Shown here in pieces: positions 24,571 through 38,407 of a DNA stretch of 64,000 nucleotides. Location: NCBI GenBank assembly GCA_022813865.1, contig JALDZX010000012.1, positions 372,001 to 436,000 of the forward strand. The letters run 5' to 3'. The translations under genes and the position numbers were made by a program. Within the stretch, counting starts at the first letter, position 1; each line of letters opens with the position of its first letter. The notes under the pieces are model-generated. The model made no database searches. It was not told the DNA's origin and saw only the letters and a program-made list of their open reading frames with translations. This stretch comes from Xylographa opegraphella (lineage: Eukaryota).

Positions 24571-27500
24571 ATGGAAAATCAAGATATGATCTCTTCACCT
24601 CGGAAGAGGCTCAAGATGGATACGGACACTATGGATCGGGACCAGAACCCTCAGAGATCGACGGAATTCACCCCGTCTGATAAAGAAAATTTGTCGTCCT
24701 TAGCAAAGGCATCAATGGATTTTCATAGCTTGCAAACTCACAAGGAGGAAGATGTCGGAATTACAGAATTTATCAGTCCAGACTTGCCCGGCTTTACGGG
24801 TATCCTTAAGAAGAGGTCTGCGTTCCAATAATTTGAATCTGATTGAAGGCTTACGTAAACTAGGTATACGGATTTCTTGGTGAATGAAATACTTTCCTCT
24901 GGGGCGGTCGTTCATCTCGACAACCTGAAAGCTACAAATCCTCCGGGTAGCGAAGAACCAGTCTCAGAGGTCAAGACGGAGCTGCCAGAGAGTGCCAACT
25001 TGGATGCCAGCACCAATGGAGCTGTGTCCGAATCAGCAGAGACTTCTGCAGATCAAACAATTACTAATTACGTAAAGAATGGTCGTGCCACTGAAAAGGT
25101 CGAAAACGTGAATCCAAATGAAGGGGTCATGGAAGAAGTCTCAAAGCATGAAGTCCCTAAGCAAGAAGTCCCTAAGCAAGAAGTCCCTATGCAAGAAGTC
25201 TCTAAGCAAGAAGTACCTAAGCAAGAAGTACCTAAGCAAGAAGTACCTAAGCAAGAGATGGCTGAAATGAAGGGCAGCAAGACTGTACCGCTATCATCAG
25301 AGTCTACTAGTTTAGAACTACCCACCGGAGTGGTCAGCGACAATAAAACTGTGGCTCCAGCAATTACTTCGGTGGCGCAATGGCAATCGTATGCCGGCGA
25401 GCCGAAAGGATTCCAGGTGGGTGACTTTCTCTTGCCCCAGATATCAGTCTAATACTATCAGCTTACACCAGCGGACGAAGCTATAATGAAATCCTTTTTT
25501 GAGCATGATGTGGTTCAGGAGATTCTCGCTCTCTTCAATCGAGTTTTAAACAGTCCTCACCGAAAACCGAAAGATTATGGTATCGTCAAATCTTCTCCGA
25601 TAACTGATCGTGAGCTGCGTAAGACAATACACCAAGAACTGCGTCGTATATTTTCCTCACGTCTGGAGTCTTTTACTGATGATGGAGCCTTGCTTATTTC
25701 CGTTGCACCAGAAAAGAGTGTCTGGGGAAGTGGAGGAAGAGGAGGAAGAGGCGTAAGTAGTACTGGCAGGCAAAATAATTGGGGACGTCAATCACAAGGT
25801 AACGTTAGGCTAGGATGGAGGGAACTCGGGGGAGACTATCTTCATTTTACACTGTACAAGGAAAACAAAGACACTATGGAGGTCATAGCCTTTCTTGCTC
25901 GACAACTACAAACCAAGCCTCAATCATTCCAGTTCGCAGGTACCAAGGACCGCCGAGCAGTCACAGCGCAACGCATCAGTGCATATCACGTTCGTGCTGA
26001 TCGAATGGTACAGGTCGGCAGGACCTTGCGTCAGGCAAAGATTGGGAACTACGAGTATCAGCCTTGTGGCCTCGAGCTGGGTGAGTCGAATGGTAACGAA
26101 TTTGTCATTACTCTCCGAGATTGCCAGTTTCCAAGCATTGCAAGTGGCAATGACAAGGATAGAATTACTGCTGCTTCGGCCATCGTCGATGCGGCTGCAA
26201 AGCATTTCAGTGATAAAGGCTATCTTAATTACTTTGGTCTTCAACGATTTGGAACATTTTCTACCCGGACGGACACTATCGGGAAGCTTATGCTACAAGG
26301 TAATTTCCAAGGTGCAGTGTCAGCAATTCTTTCCTTTAGCCCGGAAAGCCTAGCTGCAGCTCAGGGACCCTCATTGTCCACTGACACAATATCGAGCGAG
26401 GACAAAGCCCGCGCCTGGGCTATCAATAGCTTTAATCTGAGCGGCAAAAGCCATTCTGCACTCGATAGCCTGCCTCGAAAATTCTCGGCCGAATTCAATC
26501 TTATCCGCTACCTTGGTGTCAAGGACCGATCTCATGACTACCTCGGTGCCATGCAAAGCATTCCTCGAAATCTCCGTCTCATGTATGTTCACGCCTATCA
26601 ATCACTGATCTGGAACCTGGCAGCCAGCCATCATTGGAAGCATAGCGGCTTCGAAGTCATGGTCGGTGACCTTGTATTGATTGACGAGCATAAGGAAAAG
26701 AACATGGTCATCAAGCCCGAAGAGCCGGAACACATTGACGCTGACGGCGAAGTCATCATCAAACCCGCAGCCGAAGATAGTGCCCGGTCCGCCGATGAAC
26801 GCTTTGTGCGTGCACGTGCCCTGAGTCAGGAGGATGTCGCAAGCGGGACGTACTCTATCTATGATGTCGTGCTGCCCACACCAGGATTCGATGTTCTCTA
26901 TCCCGACAACGAGGTCATGAAGAGCTTCTACAAGGACACAATGGCAAGCGAAGTTGGCGGAGGACTCGATCCGTACGACATGCGTCGCTCCTGGAAGGAC
27001 GTCAGTCTCAGCGGTAGCTACCGGAAGCTGTTGGCGAAGCCAAGCAAGGAAATCACTTTTGAGGTCCGAGCGTACACCCGGGATGACGAGCAGTTTGTGG
27101 AGACCGATATGGACCGCATAAACAAGCAGAGGGGCGAGCAAAGTGATAGTGGTGGGAATGCACAGGAATACACACTCGGTGAAAGGCACATGAACGGACA
27201 TGGCACTAGAGGCATGAAGGATGGGGAGGCGGTTGATCGCGGAGGAGCAAAGCCGGATCCAACATCTGCGGCTGTGAAGACGAAATCTGCGTCTACCACC
27301 GATGATATCAAAGTAGAAGACGGCAAAGAAGTGCAGTCAGATCCACTATCTGCAGCTATAAAGACGGAGCCTACATCGGACACCAACCACACAAATGTGG
27401 AGGAGGGCGAAGCAGTCATGTCGGATGTGGCACCTGCACCCATAAAGGTAGAACCCGTGTCCGACGACACGCACATGAAAATGGAGGAAGGCGACGAAGT

Positions 27501-27645
27501 GGCTGCGGACGAAGCGCCCGCGAAGCTAGCGGTGATCTTGAAGCTGCAGCTCGGGTCCAGCCAGTATGCGACGATGGCGCTGCGGGAGCTGATGAAGCTC
27601 GGGGGCGTGCGCACTTACAAGCCTGACTTTGGAGGCGGGAGATGA
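24571..27645 (+). CDS. PUS7: Multisubstrate pseudouridine synthase 7 (TruD family); introns ~24816-24863 and 25417-25461
   Basis: GILKKRYTDFLVNEI, HFTLYKENKDT, catalytic AGTKDRRAVTAQR, GNEFVITLR, YLNYFGLQRFG, YVHAYQS and YATMALRE. Confidence 0.93.
25135..25257 (+). repeat. 15-bp coding tandem repeat (EVPKQ, about 8 copies) within PUS7
   Basis: gaagtccctaagcaa / gaagtacctaagcaa units. Confidence 0.9.
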
Positions 27646-28247
27646 ACTGGATCGAGGGAAGGTTGGGTGTGTGCACTGAAGTCGGGGCGGTTATGCTGGA
27701 CTGGTTGGTGGAGCTGTAACTAGAATACAGGAAGCCGTGAACCAGCTGTCCGTAGCGTAAGGATAGAAATGGAGAGCCGTCACGTACATCTGTCCCTGGT
27801 GATCTTGACGCCGTTGTAATTGTCGACGAGAGAGGTACAGAGAAGGGCTTGAGAACAAGGAACGTCTCGTAACGAGTCACCCCATCACGCTTGGAGCAGT
27901 CCCGTTACATCGAGTGCCATTATTGGAAGGTCGAGCAGAGAACAGCAACCGCGGGATCAAACCGAGTCTGAACGATTCCAAATGTATTGACACTCGTATT
28001 GGGTGTTAATAATCACCGCAATAATACCTTCCGCAACCAATGTAGCGTAATCTATAGCCCTGCCCGCTTCCCGAGGATATCGATATCCAGAGCCCATATT
28101 CCGTAAACATGTGTTCCCTTCCTGATGATAACAGCTCCCCCAAAGCCTCATACCAATTCGTCAATGCCATGCGACCCAATACCCATATGCCACCGATATC
28201 CAAACGGGTCTATATGCAAGTCTCCACAACGCAATCCAAAAGACCCC

Positions 28248-31200
28248 TTAACGCGGCGACGACGGTGCCAAATCCGTACTCCCTCCGTTAGCCTCCCAGT
28301 TGTCCAGCAACCGGCCTACTTCCTTGAAGGAGACTGGTTTGGTCATGAAGAGATCGACTCCACTCGTGAACGCCTCGCTCTGGTCTCTGGAGGAGGCGAG
28401 GCCGGTGAGCGCGATGATCAAAGCAGGGGCGTGATCGTCGGGGCTGCCCGTGCGGCGCGACTCTTCGATCTGGCGGATGGCTCGAGTGGCTTCGAAGCCA
28501 TTCATGACCGGCATGGAAATATCTAAGACGACACGTTAAATCGCCGCCGTTGGGGGGTAAGAGGATTGGAAATTACCCATGAAGATAACGTCATAGCCAT
28601 CCAGCTGCATCTTCGCAGCCTCCACCGCAAGCTGGCCGTTGTCTGCAGAATCTACCAGCTGGTACTCCCGCTTCATCATAAATGTCTTCAACAGTCGTAA
28701 ATTGATCTTGTTATCATCCACAAGCAGAATTCGTGGCGGACGCTTCATAGGAACGTTTTTGGTAGGAGGAATTGGTGGGGCAGTCACTGTTTCTCCTTTA
28801 CGACTGGCTGCAGACGGTTTGATCTCAGTCCAAGTCGTATATTGTATTAAGGGCTCTGTCTTCCTCTCTCTTAGTGCCGGCCGTCGAGAGTACTCTCTTG
28901 CCATATTAGCACGAGGTCTACTTGCATCGACGGGACTGTCCTGCTGCGGGAAAGGGAAATCTGCGCCACTCTGCTTTCCTGATCCTAGGCTTGCGCTCAT
29001 GGGAGAGCTCTCTACAGCCATCAAAGCATTTTCTGACTCGCCCGCTGTGATATTGCCCGCAGTCTGTGCGTTTATAGGCGTACACTCATCTTCGCCTTCG
29101 AGTGTCAAGGCTTCAAATTCGATGCCTGGACCAGGAGATCTAGCGGTTAAAGTGGAGTTCGACCTTGATGGCTCGGTCAGAGGAGTTCGAGCACTGCCAC
29201 CAGGCTTGATTTTCTCCAAGCACAGCCTCAAAGCCTTTGCCAATTTGAAAGGCCCAAAAGGTTTAGAAAGATATTCAACTCCTTTACCATTGCCTTGAAC
29301 ACCATTTTGGCTGTATCTGGACGAATTCGTGCAAAGAGCAATAACCGACGACCTGCGAGGTTTCTTCGAAAGTAATTCGGATAGATTTGCTTCATCCACG
29401 ATAATAAAATCAGGATTTTGTGAGCCAGGTGACATAACAATAACTTCGAGCCCAAACCAGAGAGAAATATATTGGTGTAGGGCCCTCTCCATCTCTTTCG
29501 CTGCGGCCGCTCCTATGCTTTTACCAGAAGACTGCAGGCCGTAGAAGGCGACTGACATACCCGAAGCCTCTGACTGTAGGATAGCTATCGAATCGTCCTG
29601 TGGTCTCTCCATTGAGGATATTGTGTTTGGCGTTGATACAGGCGTGTCAATTCCCGTCACCCTTAAGAGAGGTAACTCGACCTTGACCTCAGTGCCTTTT
29701 CCTACTTCACTTTTGATTTCGATTGAACCACCAAGCATGTTCGTTATGCTCCGCACAATAGATAATCCAAGCCTAAGAACAAGGTCAACAACGAAGAAAT
29801 AATCTACATTTAGTGTGTCATGAGAACGTACCCGGTTCCAGGTTGTAAAGAGTTCTCTTGAGCAAAGGGAGTGAAAAGCCGCGTGCGAAGATATTGACTG
29901 GATATTCCTTTACCGGTGTCTCTCACAATGAGTTCTAAGAGTTGTCCGTTATCTTTGTCGGCGGGATGACTGTCTCCAAGGTCGTGCAACGATAGTTTTA
30001 CCAGAACCATGCCTTGTTCAGTATATTTAAGAGAATTAGTAACGAGGTTCCTGGCATGTCGTTAGATGGGTCAAAGACGTTATCAAGAAACAGTCTTACA
30101 TCACAACTCTTCTTAATGCGCCAGGTTGCGTTGTAAAAGTGTAGTCACCGGGTTCGATATCTAGCACAACGTCCAAAGTTTTTCTCGCAAATTGAGCTCC
30201 AGCACCACCAAGCAGAGATCGGTTGGCAGTGGCAAGGCCTCGATCAAGGGTCTTACCTCGGTTGCCAGGCGTGATGTCTGAGATGTCGGAAGAGCTGATG
30301 TCTTGATATACTTGACCGGCATACACCCCTTCAACAACTTCCTCGCATACTGCAGCTACGTCAGTAATTGCATAGATGTTCATGATCTGCGGCATTTGTG
30401 GCACTTTCGATGACGAGACCGAGGTATTCCGCACGGGCCTTCTCTTCTTAAAGTTTCTTTCGAATGAATTAATCTTACTAAAGTCGAGGACATGATTAAT
30501 TGTGTCCAGGAGAGTTCTTCCGCAACTGTCTATGGTGTGCACAAGACTCATCTGAAATGAGTCGCAGTCTGTTTCGCCGAGAAATTCTGCACTTGCGAGT
30601 ATACCGTGGAGCGGAGAACGTAATTCATGGGAGATAGATCCAATGAAATCGCCCTTTTGCTGATCAGCAGCAATTGTTGTAAGACGGGATACTTCAGCCA
30701 TGACGCTGTTTCCAAAAGCTACAACGAAACTGAGCTCTGTCTCCGTTGAGAAGATTTGGGTGGGCGATGTCGTCCAAGCAAAACATCCACTAAAGAAACG
30801 AGCAGCGCCGGCGTCCCATAATGGCACGAAAAGTAATTGACGAACTAGTACAATATCAGTTTTCGGCACCAAGGAGCAGAATTGCCTCTGTACCTTGTCG
30901 GAAGCAACTTTGCAGCATCTTTGCTTCCATTTTCCGTCGATGTCTTCTCTGTGAAGCAATCTCCGAAGCTTTTCTTGACAGTTGCGGCCGAATCTCTTCC
31001 TCCGAAGACGAAAGGGAACCCTCTTCATCGAACGCCCAGAGCTTTCCGCGAGGATACCTCTTGATGAGCTGCTGGAGCCCCGTCTCGCTAAGAGGGGTAA
31101 AAGCGGAAATGTCGTCGACATTAGCCGGGTCAAGTGAGATTTCTGCACACTTCCCAAGCACGCCTGCTTTTTTAGGATCGTTTTCAGACTTCACTGAACT

Positions 31201-32453
31201 TTGAAACGTAGTTCTGCTATATCCCGACGATTTCCGACTCTTCGTAAAGGGTTTTTCCGCATCATCTTGCGTGCTGTCTTCTGTTGAGCTGGAAGATCCG
31301 GCAGAAGCTTCGTCGTCGCCTGTGCTAAATCCTACCACCGTATCTAAGAATACAACACCACCACGCCGAAGATCCAAAGACTCTCGTAATAGGTTGGCGG
31401 CACGAGAAAACGTGACCCGCTGCTGAATGTCAATATCCGTGTGCACTTGGCCAGCTTGTATATCCCCTTGGGCTGGCGACATAGTGCCAGATTGTGTAAT
31501 GACGCCTGATAAGTTTACCGGTGACTGCAGGTTTGATAGATAATCTGATGCCTCGTTGTTGCTACTTGATGAGTGATCTAGGCTGGGCTTCGATGTCTTT
31601 CTATCCAATTCAATCTTGACTGGAGATAGTACCCCACCACCGATATCTTCAGGGGCAAGCCAAGTCTTTCCCTCTACAAATGCATTCAATCCTCTGGACA
31701 TTCTCGTTCCTTTCTTACGTTCTTCTGTCTCTCGACTCATCTCTAAATACCTCATGATGGTCTGGGCTATAGTATTCGCGAATGACTCCTCTTCTATGGT
31801 CAGGCCGAACCGAGGCGTGTCGTCGAGAATGCATAGAGCGCCGATATTGACTCCATTTTTCGTGGTCAATGGGCAACCTGAATAGAAGCGCCAGTGGGGT
31901 TTGCCCTTGACATAAAATAGATTCTCAAACCTGTCATCTTTGCTCAGATCCGGGACCGTGAAAAAAGGATTCGTGCCACCTGGAACGCCTGTGAGCGCAA
32001 CGGTATTCTACTTTTATCATTATTGTGTTCGTGAAAGACTTGCTGCTAATCATACCTCGCACAGTGCCTCATTTTTCGTCAAGGACCCGCAACCAATCCA
32101 CAAAGCGTCTTCCTCGGAATCAGCTTTTCGAGTATCTGTGAGGTTGAGGGTCTTTGTGCCCTCCGAAATCGTGTATTGTGTATCCTTCGTGATAACACTG
32201 CACGGCCTTAGTGACAGGAGGCAAGAAGTCGGCTCAATACCTACTTTATCAGCACCGACTTCACGTTGAGACGAATGGCCACGAGTTGAGCAAGTGCCGT
32301 CAATGTCGTGTCTGGCGAAGATGCTTGAGATGTTGCATGCGTGTTTGAAGCTTCAGCATCGTACTGGTCCGGCCGATAGTAGCGGAAAAGCTCTCGCTCC
32401 CGAAGACGATCTGCTTTGGTGATGCGATCTCGACGGGCCGTGGAGTATTTCAT
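28248..32453 (-). CDS. Hybrid sensor histidine kinase (GAF-HisKA-HATPase-receiver), multi-exon
   Basis: GAF (DTTLTALAQLVAIRL, RFYSGCPLTTKNGVNIGALCILD), H box FIGSISHELRSPLHGIL, N box NLVTNSLKYT, DTGKGI and GTGLGLSIV. Receiver ILLVDDNKINL...FMDISMPVMNG...KP. Confidence 0.9.
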
Positions 32454-32825
32454 AGTTGCAAGATAGCAACTGCACAACTATATTGCTTGCATTGGATGGT
32501 TATAGTGACTGCATTCTATATTGTTAAACCGGACGAGTCGGAGCTCCGCAAAGCTGGTCAAGTCACAACGCAGATGACCGGCACGACTGTTTGGAGAGGA
32601 GACTCTCGATCGTCGGGCCACAGTCAGGTTCCAGCCCACTTTGATCAACAGGGTCCAATACCTTAAAGTTACCTTACTGTGTATTAATGTGGGGAGGGGT
32701 CCCCCCTGCACTAATTAGCCTGACTTTCCGCCTAGCTCTTCCTCGGCAGCCGGCGCCCGTGCAAGTTCCTCCGGTTCGCGTATCCCTGCTCGCCGCGTGA
32801 AGCAACTACTACGAAGTATGTCAAA

Positions 32826-35586
32826 ATGAGCAGCCGTAGGAAGTATACCAAAGAAAGTCAAGCACTACCTACTGTCTCGTGCATTTCCGGATCGTATTAT
32901 TGGATTCTGACAGAAGCAACCATCCCGATGCTACGTGATGGCACGGGGACGTCTTTCACAACACCAGTGCCACTATGCGTCCTCTCCCTCCCCCAAGAGT
33001 TTCTCCGAAGGCCGAGGTTCTGCTGAAGTATGATTTCGAAAAGGCAGGAGGCTTCCCGACACATTCGGCTTTCTTCACATGTTAAGAGCCTGTAGCTTGC
33101 CTGTCATACGTCCAAGCTACCCAAAGGTTACGTCTTCGTTCCGAAAGGTGAGCTTGTTGGGAACAGTCCCATGGATGCTCAGCACTGATGCGGTGTAAGG
33201 GGATGTCTACATCACTCGGCACTGGTCAGTCGTCCGGCTTCCTGACCTCACCCTATTACTGAAAATCAGGTAGTCGCACGTTGACTGGAAAACTTGGGCA
33301 GACTCTCTACATAGTCTACGTACGTATGACCCGTGTGCCCTGTTCTGTATCCGAGGATTTATGTGCAGTTAGGATGAAGCGACATGCGAAAGACTCGGAC
33401 TTCGATGTCCTGCAAATGTCTTCGAAGAGGTCAATGCTGATGCAATAGCATCTGCTCCAGGCAGGCGTGACGCCGTGGAAGCAAAGGATCTTCGAGACGA
33501 TAAGAAAAATCGTGCTGCTATTCGTCGTCTCTTTCCATGCATGCCAATCAACTCTGCGGAAAGCATACTTGAGCATGGCTTTCAAAAGGGAAGCGGTCGA
33601 GTCGGGAGGACGACAACTTTGGACGAAGACAGAAAAGTCAAGCTGGCAGTGGAGGCTCACATTCGACATGAGTTTACCCCATACGAGGAACTCCTTCGCG
33701 AAAAGAAGACTCCCAACATCGCAGACGACCATCGTCGCGAAAGGGCACGTGCTATCATTCGACCAAGAGTTCTGGAAATTTTGGCGCAATGGAGTGCCAT
33801 GCCATTACCGGATGTTGCGCCCTCATCGACCTCCGTAAGTATCACCCCTACACCTATGACTCCCTCCGCAGTGACCAGATCAACATCGTCTATCGTTGGC
33901 GATGCAGTTACTCGAAGCTATCACGCGAAGCAAGCAGCTAGAGGCACTACCGGGAAATCCGTGGAAATGGCCACGCTTGAGAATTCTATCCATGCAAGAG
34001 GTGCAGGATGCAAAAACCATGAATGGAATGACAAGATGCCACTGATTGCCTCGACCACTACAGGTGCTTCGAGTTGCACTTCGAGTCGTACTTCAGTAAG
34101 GACAATCAAAGACATCAAAAGTCCGCACAAAAGAATGAAGATTACTATGACTACCGCAGTGGCGACTGAACATACACCATCGGTGCCTAGTATTACTTCG
34201 TTGGAAGCGTGCATCCACGCAAGTGTATCGACAAAAAACCTTTTCCATCATGGATGCACATCTACATATCATTCATTCCGAGGTGAAACAAGTAAGACTC
34301 GACTATTCGAACCCTCCATGCCCACCAATGCAGTGACTCCGGAGTATTCGCAAGAGAGTTCCATTCAACTATCAATCCCTATCGAGGAAGGTGGCCAGAT
34401 TTCCTCGGGGCTTTCTGGCAATCCTGGCGCATCCAAGCGGAAGCGAACTTCTGAGAGAGATGAAGATGACTCTTTGGCAAAGCGACCGAAGCAGGCCATG
34501 GCCATTTCTTCACGCTATGCCGTTGAAGAACCACTTCCGCAAATCGATGTAAAGATCCCTTCTGCTATAGACTCTTTGCCTATCCATGGAGCTGCAAGAC
34601 TCGACGTTGATTTCGATGCTATGCATCTTGACGATGTAGTTGAACCACGTTACCCAACAACGGCCATTGTACCGGAACCCGATATTCTTTCAGGATACAA
34701 GGTAGGTGAAACCTCTCCAGAATCTCATAGTGGTATCCCGGCAGATACGCTGGATGCAACAAATTCCAAGCGCATTGATGATCTGCGGAGTGCAATCCGG
34801 AAGCAACTCGCAACCACCATACCTCAAAAGCACGAGCGAAAAGCCAAATCCTTACCCGCAACATTAGAATTCGTGATAATCGGAAGGATCAAGCGCCTCC
34901 TCAACGAGCAGCAGGACCAAAGCAAGCTCGACCTCAAAATATGGCAGAGCGGCTTGCACGCTTTCACGGAATACTCTAAATCGCGGCAGCACAATATTAT
35001 CTTGGCTGAGTTCCGTGAGCATTTACTGCAGGGACGGATGGACCATAACCTGTATCTGCTCAAGCGCAACGATTCAAACCCCCCTCAAACCGTGGAGCGA
35101 TATGTCCCTGATAAACTCGAAGCGGCCCTTTCCACCATGGTTGGTGTAGCGCGAAAGGATTACCACATGCTCAAAAGGAAGCCTGACTACCAAAGCCAGC
35201 TGTCGCCAGAGCGGAGCTGGGCCGCCGGGCAGGTATGCGAATTCCGCAGAAGGGGTACTCCTCGAGAGCAGGACGGCTTGCGCGACGTTTTCCGAAAGCG
35301 TCTGCTTGAGATGACGGGCGACAAGGGTTCCTCGGCAGACAGACCCTTCGAGATAGCGGTCGACGAGGAAGAGGACGGGAGCCAGGCGCCTGACGACGGG
35401 GTCGTTTCACATGCCCTTTCCTTTCTGTCAGAGCGGCCTCTCCATCGCCCGTGCAATGATCGCCTGGTGAGCCCGTCCTGGGCGCAGCCATGCCGAGGCA
35501 CTGGGCTCGGTAGTGCCAGCGATATGCTTCGAGCTGAAACGGCTCACCTGAGCGGTAAGGAGAATAGCTTAGCCATCATGGCTTGA
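32826..35586 (+). CDS. DUF2293-domain protein with long disordered C-terminus (several small 5' exons; start uncertain)
   Basis: Spliced PKGYVFVPKG/DVYITRHC/RTLT...LYIVY, then LFPCMP..ILEHGFQKGSGRVGRT...LAVEAHIRHEFTPYEELL. Confidence 0.75.
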
Positions 35587-36121
35587 TGCACGACGGAAGT
35601 TGGCGTCCAGCTTCCGATCACATATTCTAAACACCAGCTGCGAAAGCGTCCCCTCATGCCCATCAGGACGGGCATCACTGTATATATATAAAATTTGTTA
35701 TCAGTGAGAGATGTATATATGGAGCGGCTCCCTTTGTGGCGCTCTCAGCCCACAACACAGTCTTAGCCTGAAGCAGACGGATTGGAAACCAGTAGAGAGA
35801 AATCCAAGCGCGTATCGAAGCGCCGTTATATTTGCTCGCTTCTTGGAGCTTTGTCCAACCGGGGACGTATAACGATGACGGTACAATCCAAGATCCAGAT
35901 GCAGCTGAATTGAATACACGGCATTCACAGCCAGCCGCTCCTCGAGTACGAGTAAACCGCTTCCGATGTCCTCCAACAAGCTATCGAACCACGTATCCGA
36001 AACCTCACACCACACGTACACAAACCCGCATCACCATCCCAGCCACTCCGAACTCCCTTGAAAAAGACAAAAAGCGCAAAGATGACAAACAAAATCCGCT
36101 CCACCACTCACTCCACCAACC

Positions 36122-38407
36122 CTACAGCCTCGCCGCACCTCTCATTGCCTTCCCCACCCCCCTACTGATCCAATCACTAAGCGCCATATTCGTCACCATG
36201 GGATTCACCCCGCTCGCGCTCGGAAGGACGCTCGCATCCGCGACAAAGAGGCCCTCGGTGCCCCAGACCCGGCCCTGCGGATCCACCACGCTCGTCTTCG
36301 CACTGGTACCCATCCGACACGTGCCCATCTGGTGCGCGGACGCGAAAGTCGCATCCGGGAGAGGCAGACCCTTGCGCCGCACCTCCGCCAGCCACGCCAC
36401 GAAGCGAGGGTCGTTGATGCCGTGGTCTTCTTCTCCAGGCACGGACTCGCCGCGGACAAAACTCGGCACGCCAACGGTAGTGGTGAGGATCTCGGTCGCG
36501 CCGGCGACGTAGCAGATCTTCGCGAGGGCCTCGAGGCCCGCCAGAGCGTGCTTGCGGTCGAGCGCGGAGGGGGTGTAGGCGATGCGGCAGCGGCCATCAA
36601 GCGGGTCTGGGTACACACGACCGGTGTCGCGGTCGCGGACAAGCGAGATGAAGCCGGTCATGTTGCGCAGGGCGGCGGTGCGGAGCTTGAAGTCGAGACC
36701 GGATTTCCAGGGCAGGATGGGGAGGAACCATGAGGGCAGCATGGAGGTGGCTTCGAGCTTGGCGCCGTGGCCGTGGCCGTCGAGGTCTTGGAAGGAGTCG
36801 ACAACCGCGGTGAGGATGGCGCCTTCCCAGGGGAGGACAGGGGTGGGGAAGATTGCGCCCATGACATTGGCTGGATGGAGATGCAGGTTGCGTCCGATCT
36901 GCGGGTTGGTAAGCCCGCTTCGCAGGAGGAGGAGCGGGCTCTGCAGCGTGCCGCAGGAGACGATGATGCGCTTCGCTTGGATGATTACGGCGCGGGTGGT
37001 CTTATCGGAGCCGCTGACAGTACCGTTCCTGTCGCGGGACTGCCAGGTGCCTTGCAGACCTCTAGCAACTTTCGTGCCGTTGTGGTCGTCGAACAGGATC
37101 TTGTGAGCTGTGAATCCTTCGATGAAGAGTGCGCCTGCCTTCTCGGCGTCTGGCAGCCATGAAACCACAGGGCCCTGCTTTTCGGCTGCACCACATCCTA
37201 GCGTGCAGTAGCCACAGTAATGGCTGTTCCCACCGGTGTTTTGGGGTACGGGCTTGACATTGTAGCCGAGCTTGCGGGCGCCGTAGAGGAGGACTTGGTT
37301 GGTTTTGTTGTGGCGAATGTGGTCCGCCGAGACACCCATTCGGTTGCAGACACGATCAAGGGAAGTTTGGAATTCTGAGGATGTGAAGAATGGGAGCCCC
37401 ATGTCTGCCCACTCCTGGCGGACGAATCCTTGAGTTTGGAGAGATGCCGACCAATTTATAGTTCCACCGCCGCCGAATGCTGAGCCAGCGATAACGTTGA
37501 TACTGTTATCGTCGCTGGCCTCGACCCCTCCGTTCTGGAAGAGATGGATGCCGGCGTCCGCTTCCGACATGGGCAGATGTGCGGGATCAAAATGGTAGGC
37601 TTTGTCAACAACCAAGACTCGATGACCGGCCTCTGCCAGATTCTTGGCGCTTACTCCGGCTCCGCAGCCACTGCCCACAATCAATACATCCGTTTCGATA
37701 GTTTCGGGCTCCGGACCGGGCGGAAACTGAATGAAGCTGTACTCGAATCCCTTTCCGGGCTTCCCGTGCACAGGGGCTCGGGGGAACCCTAGAACCTGTG
37801 GAAGTGTGGGACTTGTCTTTGTCCATGTCGATTTGAATATCGATGCCAGACCCTTGGCGGCCCCTCGAAGTAGAGGTAGGTATGACTGTGACCAGCCCTG
37901 CAGAATCTGGTGGCGTATGGCAACGGGCTGCAGATGAAACGAAGTTGTGGAACCTGTCAGAAGTAGGCACCCGGCTCGAGTGCTGCAATTCAGTCAGTCT
38001 CATTTTCCTGGAGATAAATCTACGGGATTGCAGCCTTACTCCAGTGCTGATAGTATGGTGCAAATGCCTTTCCTAGCCTCGGGCCTCACATAATCGCTGA
38101 AAGTTCTTTGTAGCAACTCCTTCAAACCCGGGGTTGTGCTGGCAGATTCGGCAAGGAACTTAAGTGCAAGCTCTTCCACATTATTCTTGGCTGGTATGAT
38201 GGACTGTACTTTCGCAAACGCCTCATGGTATTCATCTTCAGCTACGAGTCTTTTTTCCGAAGAAAATGACAGGTTAATGGCTGGTATGATGGTGTCCCCA
38301 ATAGCCATGAGAGTGACCCATTGCGAGGGACTGAGAACTTCACCTTCCCGTAAAGGAGGTAAAGGGCTTGCTAAGGGCGCAAAGAAGTCCATCTGCTGTG
38401 TCGACAT
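36122..38407 (-). CDS. FAO1: Long-chain fatty alcohol oxidase (GMC oxidoreductase) with PTS1-like C-terminal ARL; intron ~37980-38038
   Basis: DVLIVGSGCGAGV, GGGGTINWS, HYCGYCTLGC, IGRNLHLHP, SAHQMGTCRMG and DASVLPSASGVNPM; the protein ends GAARL*. Confidence 0.88.

Noticed and set aside
30846..30893. Apparent frameshift in the histidine kinase
   Set aside because: Explained by a GTACAG...CTGAT...TAG intron.
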